Source of the DNA: Centroscyllium fabricii
Lineage: Eukaryota
Assembly (NCBI GenBank): GCA_051313645.2
Contig: JBNRSN020000003.1
Span: 19,344,001 to 19,408,000, forward strand
DNA: 64,000 nt
Direction: 5' to 3'
Within the stretch, counting starts at the first letter, position 1. The number at the start of each line of letters is the position of its first letter. Below are positions 1-12,499 of this stretch, piece by piece. The position numbers and the translations under genes were made by a program. The notes under the pieces were generated by a model. The model searched no databases and was not told the DNA's origin. It worked only from the letters and a program-made list of their open reading frames with translations.

Positions 1-380
1 CAGCGGCCCCCTTCCGCCAGTCCGCGGAAAGGTTTGTGCCTTTTTTTAAACCACGTTTTTTTTTGGACCGCTTCCGTCTGTGCCTCGGAAGCCGTTTAAC
101 GAGGCACAGACGGAAGCCGTTTAACCGTCCAAAAACCCTCGCCAGCACCCCCTCCCCCCGCACCCCGGTCAGTGAAAAAACCTCCGGCAGCACCGCCCCT
201 CCGTCAGTGAAAAAAACTCCGCCAGCACCCCCCCCCCCGGTCAGTCAAAAAAACTCTGACAGCACCCCCCCCCCCGGGTCAGTCAAAAAAACTCCACCAG
301 CACCCCCCTCCCCCACCAGTCCGTGAAAAAATTGACTAGCCCAAAATGGTCCGCTGACCAAAAAAGGTTGGGGACCCCTG
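1..380. mobile_element. Right part of a non-autonomous hAT (Charlie-like) MITE with internal poly-C tandem repeats
   Basis: Ends AAAAGGTTGGGGACCCCTG, similar to the right TIR of the complete element at 3452-3963. Internal ~38-bp repeats (gtcagtgaaaaaa..ctcc..cagcacccccc). The left end is not recognised within the window. Confidence 0.75.
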
Positions 381-605
381 CTCTATTCCTTTCTCCCTCC
401 TGTGCTTATCCAGCCTCCCTTTAAATGCATCTATGTTATTCACCTCCACCACTCCCTGTGGGAGCGAGTTCCACATCCTCACCGCTCTCTGGGTAAAGAA
501 GTTTCTCCTGAATTCCCTATTGGATGTATTAGTGACTATTTTACATTTATGAGCCCTAGTTTTGGATTCTCCCCCTCACAAGCGGAAACAACATCCACCC
601 CATCA
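381..605 (-). mobile_element. Old CR1 LINE 3' fragment
   Basis: The minus strand reads the CR1 RT C-terminal motif RRNFFTQRAVRMWNSLPQ. Confidence 0.75.
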
Positions 606-1532
606 AACTCCTTGCTAATTCAGATTGTACAACATGTTGGCCCTGGACTTTTCATTGACAGTACAAGAAATGTTGAGTTTTGAACAACCTGGCCCGCTGA
701 ATGCTGAGGTAAGTGTAAAATTAAGGGCCTTAATGAAGTGCCAAGAAAAACGAAACCCAGTTCATTTGGAAAAAATACACTTTAAAAAAAAAACCTGACC
801 AAATTTTTAAATCAATACATCTGAATTTATTGTGCATTCCAAACAACCATCCCATTGTGCACAACTCTAGTGTTTTAATGCCACGCAATATCTTTTGAAA
901 ATGTTTTTAACGGTTTCTGTTAGCCTTAATGAAGAGTCAACAGTACCTGGATGCCTGCCACTGTTGCATGTGTAACCAGTTTTTAATGAATTTCATGTTA
1001 TGCTCCAAATTACTTCGCAAACACTATGCTGATGAACTCTACTGAACAACCATTTTTCATTTGAGTCTTTAAATTTTCGTTTCCCCAAGGTAAGATTAAA
1101 TTTTTTTTTACATGACTGAGGGGACCGACTAATTAGAAATGTGTTACAAAGATTACATATTGCGTGCTCATTATATTCCTTGAGCCATATAAAAATCATT
1201 ACCCTACGTGAAAACTCCTGATAATGAAAATTCCTCTGCCCAGCACCCTTCCTGAAGGATGTGTGCCCTTTCACACACTGAAGCAGGCAACCTCATGGTT
1301 CGGCTTGTTAAACCAGCCCCCCTCGGTCTGACAACACCGCTTGTGGCAGCTTAACAATAATTCGGCCAACTTCTTCACCAGTCCCATGCTCCGTTCCCGT
1401 GGTTTTTGGTATGGTTAGAAGTCCTCCACGTGGAACTACGTGAAATCTTCCTCTCAAAATCCAAGTAATCAAGGGGAGTTCACTAATCATTTCAGAAGAG
1501 AAAACAGGGAGATTCACACAAGAATACACCTA

Positions 1533-1835
1533 TGCGGGCAGGTAAGTGGACGTGAGGCTAGGTTCAGATCGGCCATGTGATCTCCTGGACCAGTTTTTGA
1601 TCGCCTAGATGGGTCGGAGAGGAATTTTCCTGATTTTTTTTCTCCCAAATTGGCTACTGGTTTTTTTTTTATCTGGTTTTTCGCCTCTCCCAGGTGATCA
1701 CGAGTCTGGGCGGGGTGGAGAGTAAAAATAAAATTGAGGTTAGGATCAGATCAGCCATGATCTTGTTGAATGGCGGAGCAGGCTCGAGGGGCCGATTGGC
1801 CGACTCCTGCTCCTATTTCTTATGTTCTTATGTTT
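1533..1835 (+). mobile_element. CR1 3' end containing a structured cassette (1577-1701) and a (TATGTTCT)n tail
   Basis: ORF2 end ERAGKWT*-like, then tail gatcagccatgatcttgttgaatggcggagcaggctcgaggggccga; similar to 50930-51145. Confidence 0.85.
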
Positions 1836-2340
1836 ACCTCATTGGAATCCTGTAGGGGGAAGTGTTTAAATTGCTGTTTTTATTCACCATCAATAGCAGT
1901 CTTGCTCCTTTGGCCTGTCTCACCCCATGGCAACATACTCGTAAAGTGCCTCTTCATTTTTGAAGGACAATTTTGAATGCCATTTCCCCCCCCCCCCATT
2001 CAGTTTCCTGGTGAGCTTGCACCTCACCTCTTTGTTATTAAGCTTTCCACTGAAACATTCTTGTGCTCGCTGTTTCATATATTGCTAGATTCAAAAAAAT
2101 TGCACATCTCAGTTATCCCTTTTGGGCATGGCCTGTCGTAATCAGGTTCAGTAACTGCTGCAGGGTCAAATCAACAGTACAAGGACCGGAAAGCTACAAG
2201 AATTGATTCAAAGTTTGCCTTTTAATAATTGTCCCAGTTATATTTTGAATCTGGCAGGCCCCAATGTTTAACAATGTTGATTGCTTCGTCCTGCACCACA
2301 CCACACGAACACAATCCATGAGCAGCTCTTTTTTTTGGAT

Positions 2341-3217
2341 AATTCAAATTCAAGTTTTATTGTCATTGCAGAGTACTAGTACAATACAACGATACGAAGA
2401 CTCTCCCGAGAGTAGTGCAAATAAATTACATGCAAATTGCATACAGTAAAGTACACTATCAGGCGTGCAGATACCGGAGTTTATTTTTTTAGAGTTCAGG
2501 AGGCTGACAGCCCTGGGGAAGAAGCTGTTCTGAAATCTAGTCGTGCGGGTGCGAATTGCTCTGTCGCGTCTCCCGGAGGGCAGGGGGGCGAACAGACTGT
2601 GGCTGGGGTGTGTGGGGTCTTTAATAATGTTCAGAGACCTCTGTAGGAAGCGTTTGAGGTAGATGCATTGAATTGACGGTAGCTGGGTGCCGGTGATTCG
2701 TTGGGCAGTTTTGACTACCCGCTGCAGGGTTTTCCGGTCCGAGATGGTGCAATTTCCATACCAGACAGTGATGCAGCTTGTCAGTATGCTTTCTATTGTG
2801 CAGCGGTAGAAGTTGGAGAGGATGCCGGATGACAGCCTGGCTTTCTTCAGCTTCCTTAGGAAGTACAGGCGCTGTTGGGCCTTCTTAACCAGAGAGGAGG
2901 TGTTTAGTGACCAGGAGAGATCTTCCGAGATGTGGACCCTGAGGAACTTGAAGCTGGACACCCTTTCCATCTCAGCCCCTTGGATGAAGATGGGGGTGTG
3001 TCTTCTGCTTCCAGTCCTCCGGAAGTCCACTATGATCTCCTTAGTTTTCTTGGTGTTCAGTGCCAGGTTGTTGTCGGCACACCAACCCACAAGGCGCTGG
3101 ATCTCATCCCTGTAGGCTGACTCGTCGTTGTTGGTGATCTGGCCAACCACCGTGGTGTCATCCGCAAACTTGATGATCGTGTTGGAGCCATGGACAGCCG
3201 CACAGTCGTGAGTGAAG
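2341..3217 (-). mobile_element. Rex1/Babar LINE, 5'-truncated RT C-terminus
   Basis: [60 protein letters not shown]; tail tgcaatgacaataaaac(ttgaa)n. The first ~17 aa of the ORF-track protein come from flanking DNA. Confidence 0.92.
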
Positions 3218-3451
3218 GATGCTGACAAGCAACCTGCTGCTATGCCTCTATAGTTATCCATCAGCAATTTCCCAAGAGTAAGCTGGAGTAGCTCATCCTC
3301 AATTCTGCCGACGTGAGAAGCTGCTGCCTTCCATTTGATACCTCATTCGGATGGCAGAGTTGGGACTGGGCACTCAGAGGAAAGAGAATCAACACAAAAA
3401 TACTCACCAATGTGCCATCAAGAAGAAAGAAAGCTTACCATCAATGTAGTG

Positions 3452-3963
3452 CAGCGGTCTCCAACCACCGGTCTGCGGGACAGTTTTACCGGTCCGCGGA
3501 CGATTTTGAGAATCCGCGCATGCGCAGATACAACGCCCTTGCCGCGGACCTTTGGCTAATGTTCGGCGCATGCGCCGAATCACAGACCCTGCCGCTGCAC
3601 GTTGTGAATTGATCGACACTGGCCGAGGCAATGTCTGTGAATCGGCGCATGTGCTGAATCTCAGAACCTTCAACCGACGGTGGAGGCACAGACGGAAGGC
3701 AGCAAATCCGCCGGTAACCTTTGAAAACTCCGTCCTCCTCCTCCCCTGCTGAGATTAAAAATGACCGTCTCCCCCCCCCCCCCACCACTGATAGTAAAAA
3801 TTTTAGTCAGCATCCCCCCCCCCCCCCACTAGAGAAAAAAATCTCCATCAGCAACACCCCCCCCCACCGAGAGTAAAAATCTCCGTCAGGACCCCCCACC
3901 GGTCCGCGAAGAAATTGACAAGCCCAAAACGGGCCGTGAACGCACAAAGGTTGGGGACCGCTG
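3452..3963. mobile_element. Complete hAT MITE, 512 bp
   Basis: TIRs CAGCGGTCTCCAACC / GGTTGGGGACCGCTG; exact 8-bp TSD ATGTAGTG at 3444-3451 and 3964-3971. Confidence 0.92.
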
Positions 3964-4082
3964 ATGTAGTGGATCTGAGAGACAGGGCTCCAGTAATAAA
4001 ATGACACTATATTGAATAATTCTTTCAATAAAGAGCCAGATAAGTATCCGGTGGAATATGGGATTGGAAGTTCTGAGGATGG

Positions 4083-5775
4083 AAACATAGAAGATAGGAG
4101 CAGGAGTCGGCCCCGTACAACTGCAGCAGGACATCCTTGTTCCTGTACTCAAACCCTCTCGCTACGAAGGCCAATATACCATTTGCCTTCTTAACCGCCT
4201 GCTGCACCGGCATGCTTACCTTCAGCGACTGGTGTACAAGGACACCCAGGTCTCATTGCACTTCCCCTTTTCCCAATCTATTGCCGTTCAGATAATAATC
4301 TGTTTTTTCCACCAAAGTGGAGAAGCTCGCATTTATCCACGTTATATTGTATCTGCCATGCATCTGCCCAATCACCCAACCTGTCCAAATCATACTGGAG
4401 TTTCTCGGCATCCTCCTCACAGTGCACACGCCCACCCAGCTTTGTGTTGTCTGCAAACTTGGAGCTATTACATCTAGTTCCCTCGTCTAGATCATTAATA
4501 TATATTGTTAATAGTTGGGGTCCTAGCACCAATCCCAGCGGTACCCCACTAGCCACTGCCTGCCACTCGGAAAAAGACCCGTTTATTCCAACTGTTTGCT
4601 TTCTGTCTGCCAACCAGTTCTCTATCCAAGTCAGTACCTTACATTCAATCCCATGTGCTTTAACTTTACATGCCAATCTCTTATGCGGACCTTATCGAAA
4701 GCCTTCTGAAAGTCCAAATACACCACATCCACTGGTTCTCCCTTATCTATTCTACCAGTTACATCCTCAAAAAATTCCAGTAGATTAGTCAAGCATGATT
4801 TACCTTTTGTAAATCTATGTTGACTTTGTCCGATCCTGTCACTGTTTTCCAAGTACTCAGCTATTACATCATTTATAATGGACTCTAGCATTATCCCCAC
4901 TGCCGGTGTCACCATTTTTAAATAGTGGGGTAACATTAGCTACCCTCCAATCCATGGGTACAGTTCCAGATTCCAGTGAATGTTGGAAGATGACCAGCAA
5001 TGCATCTACTATTTCTAGGGCCACCTCCTTAAGTACCCTAGGATGTAGATTATCAGGCCCTAGGGATTTATCGGCCTTCAATCCCGTCAATTTCCCTAAC
5101 ATCATTTCCCTACAAATACTGATTTAATTCAGTTCCTCCCTCTCATCAGACCTTATGTCCCCCGACATCTCTGGAAGGTTATTTGTGTCCTCCTTTGTGA
5201 AGACAGAACCAAAGTATGTATTTCATTGGTCTGCCATTTCTTTGTTCCCCATTATAAATTCCCCTGATTCTGACTGCAGGGGACCTATGCTTGACTTCAC
5301 CAATTTTTTTCTCTTCACTCATCTATAGAAGCTTTTACAGTCAGTTTTTATGTTCCCTGAAAGCTTATTCTCATACTCTATTTCCCCACACTTAATTAAT
5401 CCATTTGTCCTCCTTTGCTGAATTCTAAACTGCTCCCAATCCTCAGGTTTACTGCTTTTTTTGGCCAATTTATATGACCTCTCCTTGGATCTTATGCTAT
5501 CCCTAATTTCCCTTGTTAGCCATGGTTGAGTCACCTTTTTTGTTTTATTTTTATGCCAAACAGGGATGAACAAATTCTGTAGTTCATCCATGCGATCTTT
5601 AAATGTTTGCCATTGCCTATCCACCGTCAACCCTTTAAGTAACGTTCCCCAATCCATCCTAGCCAACTCACGCCTCATACCATCATAGTTTCCTCTATTT
5701 AAATTCAGGACCTTAGTCTCTGAGTCAACTACTTCACTCTCCATCTTAATGAAAAGTTTGATCATATGATGATCG
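4083..5775 (-). mobile_element. Degraded CR1 ORF2 (linker and RT) with internal deletions
   Basis: [46 protein letters not shown] and PGPDNLHPRVLKE-like motifs across frameshifted ORFs. Confidence 0.9.
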
Positions 5776-7136
5776 CTATGGGCTGAGATGGTTGGAACTG
5801 TGCTGCATCTGTGCAGGGCAGAAAGCCAGAACTGAAAGGCGGGGGTAGGTAAATATTCTGTATCTTTGCTAGATTATCTTTTGGATAGTGGGAGGCAAGG
5901 GGTGGAACTGATGTAAAACTTTCCCTCGTGAGTTTAAATAGATGGGAGAGTCCAGGATTGAGTACGCCGTTCTGGGGAAGGAGCAGTTTAATGGGCCTTT
6001 CCTAGTTCCACATTTTAAAGCACAGGGCAAAATTACCAGCATAGTTTTGGCCGTAAAATGTACAACTTCAGAATGGAAATCTCGGAGCTCATTCACAGAA
6101 ATCATGTGGTGCAAAGTACGATATTGTGGAATGAGGTAATGTTGGCAGAACGTACTTTGGCATTAAAAGCGGAATTCGACTAGTCTGAGCAAGTATGCTG
6201 GCTTGCCTTCCTGCACGATAGCAATTTTTCATGAAGAATAATTAAATACTCTCACGATTCGCCTCAGTCCTTAACACTGGTACATACGACTGCACACCAA
6301 AACCAAAATACCTACCTGCCTCCGGCCTTTTACTGACCTGACGCTACTCAGGGTTGTCCCCCCACCGCACACTTCTCTTTTCCTTACCTCAAGTTCAGTT
6401 TCAGTGTTAGCTGTGGCTCAGTTGGAGCACAGAGCGGGATTAAAACAGTGTATTTAAACAGAAAGTTTTATTTGGGAATTTGGAAAGAGTGGGAATTTGG
6501 AGAAGAGGGCGAAGGAGTTGCTGCATTTTGCCTACACGACTTGTGGTGCTTTGTGCTACAGGTAGATATTTAATTTCAGTACCCTTAACTTAATCTAGGA
6601 TCAAGTGAGTATTCAAGAATCTACAGTGTAAACTAAGTTACCTAATTACAAATTTAATTAAATAAATCAAGGTCATATAGGGATGGCAGTGCAGGCGGTG
6701 TGCTGCAACTGCAGCGTGTGGGAGTTTGTGGAGAGCATTGTGATCCCGGACACCCCGGTTTGAAGTAAGTGCCTGCATCTGGAGGAACTTCAGCTCAGAG
6801 TTTCTGAGCCGGAGTCTGAGGTGCAAACATTGCGGGGCATCAGGGATGGGAGAGTTACCTGGACACTTTGATCCAGGAGGCAGTCACACCCCTTAGGTTA
6901 GTTAGGTAGTGGTACAGGTCTGGTTAGTAGTCAGGGACAGGAGGGTGTGACTGCAACTCCGGCAGGTAAGGGGACCCCGGGTGCAGCGCTGGAGGAGCCT
7001 CAGCCTTTGCCCTTGTCCAACAGGTATGAAGTTCTTTCTGCCTGTGTGGATGACAGAAAAGCCTGCAGGATGGATTAGCAAGCTGTACATGGCACCATGG
7101 TGCAGGAGGCCATTCAATTGGGGGGGGGGCATTGAA

Positions 7137-8471
7137 TGTGCCTGAAAGACTACTGCCCTGTCGCACTCACACCCATAATCATGAAGTGTTTCGAGCGGCT
7201 GGTCCTGGCCCACATCAAAGCCAGTGTCCCCGCCGCCCTGGACCAATATCAGTTCGCCGATCGAGGAAACAGATCAACGGAAGATGCAATCACTACCGGC
7301 TCTTCACTCTGCACTAAACCACCTGGATAGCAAAGATACGTATATCAGAATGCTGTTTATTGACTACAGCTCAGCATTTAACACCATCGTCCCCAGCAAG
7401 TTGTCTACCAAACTCCTCACCCTCGGCCTGAACACCTCCCTCTGCAACTGGACCCTGGACTTCCTAACCAACAGACCACAGTCTGTGAAGTTAGGCAACC
7501 TCACCTCCCCCACCCCACCCCTTACCCTGAACACAGGGCCCCCACAAGGCTGTGTGCTGAGCCCCCTCCTCTACTCCCTCTTCACTCACGACTGTGCGGC
7601 TGTCCATGGCTTCAACACGATCATCAAGTTTGCGGACGACACCACGGTGGTTGGCCAGATCACCAACAACAATGAGTCAGCCTACAGGGATGAGATCCAG
7701 CGCCTTGTGGGATGGTGTGCCGACAACAACCTGGCACTGAACACCAAGAAAACTAAGGAGATCATAGTGAACTTCCGGAAGACTGAAAGCACAAGACACA
7801 CCCCCATCTTCATCCAAGGGGCTGAGGTGGAAAGGGTGTCCAGCTTCAAGTTCCTCGGGGTCCACATCTCGGAAGACCTCTCCTGGTCACTAAACACCTC
7901 CTCTCTGATCAAGAAGGCCCAACAGCGCCTGTACTTCCTAAGGAAGCTGAAAAAAGCCAAGCGGTCATCCGGCATCCTCTCCAACTTCTACCGCTGCACA
8001 ATCGAAAGCATACTGACAAGCTGCATCACAGTCTGGTATGGAAACTGCACCATCTCGGACCAGAAGGCCCTGCAGCGGGTAGTCAAAACTGCCCAACGAA
8101 TCACCGGCACCCAGCTACCGTCAATTCAATGCATCTACCTCAAACGCTGCCTACAGAGGTCTCTGAACATTATTAAAGACCCCACACACCCCAGCCACAG
8201 TCTGTTCGCCCCCCTGCCCTCCGGGAGACGCGACAGATCAATTCGCACCCGCACGACTAGATTCAAGAACAGCTTCTTCCCCAGGGCTGTCAGCCTCCTG
8301 AACTCTAAAAATAGACTCCGGTACCTGCACGCCTGATAATGTACTTTACTGTATGCAATTTGAATGTCATTTATTTGCACTACTCTCGGGAGCGTCGAGT
8401 CTTCGTCTCGTTGTATTGTACTGGTACTCTGCAATGACAATAAAACTTGAATTGAATTGAATTGAATTGAA
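7137..8471 (+). mobile_element. Rex1/Babar LINE, 5'-truncated, nested in CR1 ORF1
   Basis: RT motifs [39 protein letters not shown]; (TTGAA)n tail; ATTGAA on both sides; near-identical to 2341-3217. Confidence 0.93.
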
Positions 8472-8964
8472 AGGGAATGTAGTTGTGGTAGAGGACAGTA
8501 TAGTCAGGGGGATAGATACTGTTCTCTGCAGCTGCAACCGAGAGTTCCGAAGGTTGTGTTGCCTGCCCGGTGCCAGGGCTAAAGACATCTCCGCGTGGCT
8601 GGAGGAGAACTTGGAGTGGGAGGAGGAGGATCCAATTGTCGTAGTCCACGTAGGAACCAACTACATAGGTAGAACTAGGAATGAGGTTCTGCTGAGGGAG
8701 TTTGAGGAGCTCGGATCCAAATTAATAATCTCTGGACTGTTGCCTGAGCCACGTGCAAATTGGCACAGGGACAAACAGATTAGAGGTTTAAATGCGTGGC
8801 TCATAGAGTGGTGTGGCAGGAAGGGGTTTCAGTTCATGGGGCACTGGCACCAGTCCTGGGGAAAGAGGGAGCTGTTCCGTTGGGACGGGCTTCACTTAAA
8901 CCAGGCTGGAACCAGTGTCCTGGCGAACCGAATAACTAGGGCAGTAGACAGGGCTTTAAACTAA
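8472..8964 (+). pseudogene. CR1 ORF1 SGNH/GDSL-type esterase domain
   Basis: V(G>E)DSIVRG, CLPGA, VVHVGTN and DGLHLN blocks typical of CR1 ORF1 esterases. Confidence 0.88.
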
Positions 8965-9283
8965 TGGAGGGGGGGGGGGAAGGATTCTGGAAATAGTAAA
9001 TTTAAAAGCAGCGAGAGAAATGTCAAGGCTCTAGAGCAGAGTTGAGTTTTGGGTAAAATAAGCAGAGTGGGTCAGGAAGGAACAGAGAGTAACAAAGGTA
9101 ATAAGGCATCAGTGACTAAGGGGGAACCAGTGGATGTGGTGCATTTGGATTTTCAGAAGGCATTCGATAAGTTGCCACACAAGAGGTTATTAAACAAAAT
9201 TAGGGTTCATGGGATTGGGGGCAATATACTTGCATGGATTGAGGATTGGTTAACCGACAGTAAACAGAGAGTAGGAATAAATG

Positions 9284-9658
9284 GGATGACACGGTGGCGC
9301 AGTGGTTAGCACTGCTGCCTCGCAATAAGGAGCTCCTGGGTTCGAATCCTGCTTGGCCCGGGGACCTCACTGCGTGGAATTTGCATGTTCTCCCCGTGTT
9401 TGTGTGGGTTTCCTCCGGGTACTCCGGTTTCCTCCCACCACCCAAAGACATGCAGGTTCTGTGAATTGGAGAGACTAAAAAAAAAAAATTGCCCATGAGT
9501 ATGTGTGTGAGATATAGTTCTTAGAGTTGGGGGTGTCAGGGGATGTGGGGAGAGGGTAGGAGGGGGGTGCTGGGTTTGGATGATCAGCCAAGATCTCATC
9601 AAAAATGGCGGAGCAGGCTCGAAGGGCCTACTCCTGCTCCCATCTTCTGTGTTTCTGT
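9284..9658 (+). mobile_element. HE1-like V-SINE, variant subfamily B
   Basis: tRNA head gtggcgcagtggttagc..gggttcgaatcc; V-domain ggtttcctccgggtactccggtttcctcccac; CR1 tail ending (tgtgtttc). Confidence 0.85.
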
Positions 9659-10520
9659 ATTTTCGGGTTGGCAGGCTGTAACTAGTGGGGTACCGCTAGG
9701 ATCAGTGCTTGGGCCTCAGCTATTCACAATCTACATCAATGACTTAGATGAGGGGACCAAATATCCAAGTTTGCTGATGATACAAAGCTGGTGTTCAGAG
9801 GGACCTGGGTGTCCTTGTACACAAATCACAGAAAGTTAACATGCAGGTACAGCAAGCAATTACAAAAGCAAATGGTATGTTGGCCTTTATTACAAGAGGA
9901 TTTGAGTATAAGAGTAAAGATGTCTTACTGCAATTATAGAGGGCCCTGGTGAGAGCACACCTAGAGTATTGTGTACAGTTTTAGTCTCCTGACCTAAGGA
10001 AGGATATATTTGCCACAGAGGGAGTGCAACAAAGGTTCACCAGACTGATTCCTGGGATGGGGGATTGTCCTATGAGGACAGGTTGAGTAGACTAGGCCTA
10101 TATCCTCTGGAGTTTAAAAGAATGGGGGGTGATCTCATTGAAACATACAAAATTCTTACAGGGCTTGACAGGGTCGATGTAGGGAGGATGTTTCCCCTGG
10201 CTGGGGAGTCTGGAACCCCCAGTCTCCGAATAAGGGGTCGGCCATTTAGGACTGAGATGAGGAGAAACTTCTTCACTCGGAGGGTGGTGAATCTTTGGAA
10301 TTCTCTACCCCAGAGGGCTGTGGAGGCTCAGTCGTTGTGTATGTTCAAGACAGAGATCGATAGATTGTTGGATATTAAGGGAATCAAGGGATATGGGGAT
10401 AGTGCAGGAAAGTGGAGATGAGGTAGAAGATCAGCCATGATCTCATTGAATGGCGGGGCAGGCTCGAGGGGGCCAATGACCGACTCCTGCTCCTATTTCT
10501 TATGTTCTTATCTTATGTTT

Positions 10521-11356
10521 ACTGTCAGCCGTGGCTCAGTGGGCAGCACTCTCGCCTCCGAGTCAGATGGTTCTGGGTTCAAGTCCCTATTCAGGGACAT
10601 AGAAACATAGAAGATAGGAGCAGGAGTCGGCCATTCACTAAGATCATGGCTGATCATCCAAACCCAGTACCCTGCCCCTGCCTTGTCCCCATATCCCTCG
10701 ATCCCTATCGAGCCTGCACCGACACATATCCCACCCTATCCCCGTAACCCCACATATTCAATCCCCCTAACACTGAGGGTCAATTTATCCTGGCCAATCA
10801 ACCTAACCCGCACATCTTTGGACTGTGGGAGGAAACCGGAGCACCCGGAGGAAACCCACGCAGACACGGGGAGAATGTGCAAACTCCACACAGATAGTCA
10901 CCCGAGGCCGGATTTGAACCCGAGTCTCTAGCGCTGTGAGGCAACAGTGCTAACCACTATGCCACCGTGCGCAACAAAATTCTAGGCCAACACTCCAGTG
11001 CAGTACTGAGGAAGTGCCACACTGTCGGAGGTGCCGTCTTTCGGATGAGACGTTGAACTGAGGCCCCGTCTGCCCCCTCTGATGGACGTAAAAAATCCTG
11101 TGGCACTATTTTAAAGAAGAGCAGCGGAGTTATCCCTGGTGTCCTGTGCAATATTTATCCCTCAATCAACATCACTGAAAAAAAGACTATCTGGTCATTA
11201 TCACATTGTGGGAGCTTGCTGTGGGCAAATTGGCTGCCGTGTTTCCTACATTACAACAGTGACTACACTTCAAAAGTACTTCACTGACTGTAATGCGCTT
11301 TGGGGTGTCCGATGGTCGGGAAAGTTGCGATACAAATGCAAGTATATCTTTCTTTC
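10521..11356 (+). mobile_element. SacSINE1-like DeuSINE interrupted by an HE1 SINE
   Basis: tRNA head, Deu-domain-like gtcggaggtgccgtctttcggatgagacgtt, L2-type tail ..gcgctttgggg..aaatgcaag. Confidence 0.8.
10597..10970 (-). mobile_element. HE1 V-SINE
   Basis: Head, V-domain and CR1 tail on the minus strand. Confidence 0.9.
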
Positions 11357-11744
11357 ATAGTGTTGCTACCTTCCTCACCACCATGATGTTTCTTTGTGTG
11401 CAAGCCCATGCAATGAGGATCAGTAGGATATTCAACTGACAGATGGAAACAACAGTTTAATAACACTACCTTAAAATACGCATGTACCTTTCAGCAAGAT
11501 TCAATTAAAGATGGCGATAAAGATTTTTTTTCCCCCTCAAACCCCCGCCCCACAAACCCCAGCTACTGCTAGCTTAGCTGAGACCAGTTAGCACAAACAG
11601 GGATGAAGCCGAGGACTTTCGGGTTTTGTATGGCTCAGTAATCGGGCAGGGACGCATTGGTCCATGGTGGGGTTTGGGGTGGGGAGGGAACAAGACGATG
11701 TATGTCTACAAGTACAACTTCAAGTAGTTATTCACATGGGGGGG

Positions 11745-12499
11745 GGGGGGGATTTTTCCTCCGGCCGTGAGGGCGGGTTTCTGGCGGGGCGGGGCTTAAA
11801 ATCCCAAAACCAGGGGTCCCGTACTCTCCCACCAGATCCCCACCGCTTTGCGGTTTTCAGACGGCGTGTCTAGCCGGCCCGAATATTTCCCGCCTGCCGG
11901 CGGCGGGGTTGATGTTGTGCTCATTAGGTGCCCTTAATTGCCATGGGTAATCCCATTTTAAGGGCCCCTCGTGATTTTGGAGCCCTTCCCACCCATACCC
12001 CGCCATCCTGAAACCCCGCCAGTGAAAGCTAGCGGAATCACAGTCGGCTTGGTCACTTTCACCTTCGAGGCATTGAAGGACCTGGAGCAGAATGCCTTCC
12101 AGGCCTTCAACACCCTGGAGGTGTAAGTGACTCCCTTCTCTGAGGAGCAGCAGTGAAGAAAACACTCAAAACACTTACCTTGACAGATGCTGAAATGCTT
12201 CATAGAGAGACTGCCCCTAACTGTGAGCTTTCCAGCGAGTCCTTAGACCTGTCACTCAACCCACTTGGGCTTTGAGATTGGTTGCACTCCATTGTGATGT
12301 CACAGTGCACTGTTTCCATAGAAACTAACACACAGTCCTTAGAAGTGTCAATCAAACCTCCTGGCTCTCATCTGCAATCCGCTGCTTTCCAACTGGAATC
12401 CTTCAATTGGCAGGGGCTCCCAGGCCCGTAGACATTCGGGACAGAAAGCTGATCCGCCCAAAACCTGCCAGGTTCCCACACCTTTGCGAAAATCCCCCC
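11745..12499. mobile_element. Harbinger-like MITE
   Basis: Terminal inverted GGGGGGATTTT / AAAATCCCCCC; internal ttaattg/gccc motifs shared with 37719-38816. Confidence 0.55.

Larger units (their letters stand above)
6430..10515 (+). mobile_element. Internally deleted CR1 with ORF1 (Zn-finger/coiled coil plus esterase) and RT remnants; interrupted by Rex1 and a SINE
   Basis: 6683-7130 reads MAVQAVCCNCSVWEF..KCLHLEELQLRV; esterase at 8472-8964; RT pieces at 9117-9283 and 9659-10421; CR1 tail to 10515. The 5' boundary is approximate. Confidence 0.8.

Noticed and set aside
36-326. Proline-rich ORF
   Set aside because: Poly-C repeats of a hAT MITE.
3404-3990. Minus-strand micro-exon disrupted by the hAT MITE
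   Set aside because: Splice-like motifs flank the empty site, but nothing supports coding function.
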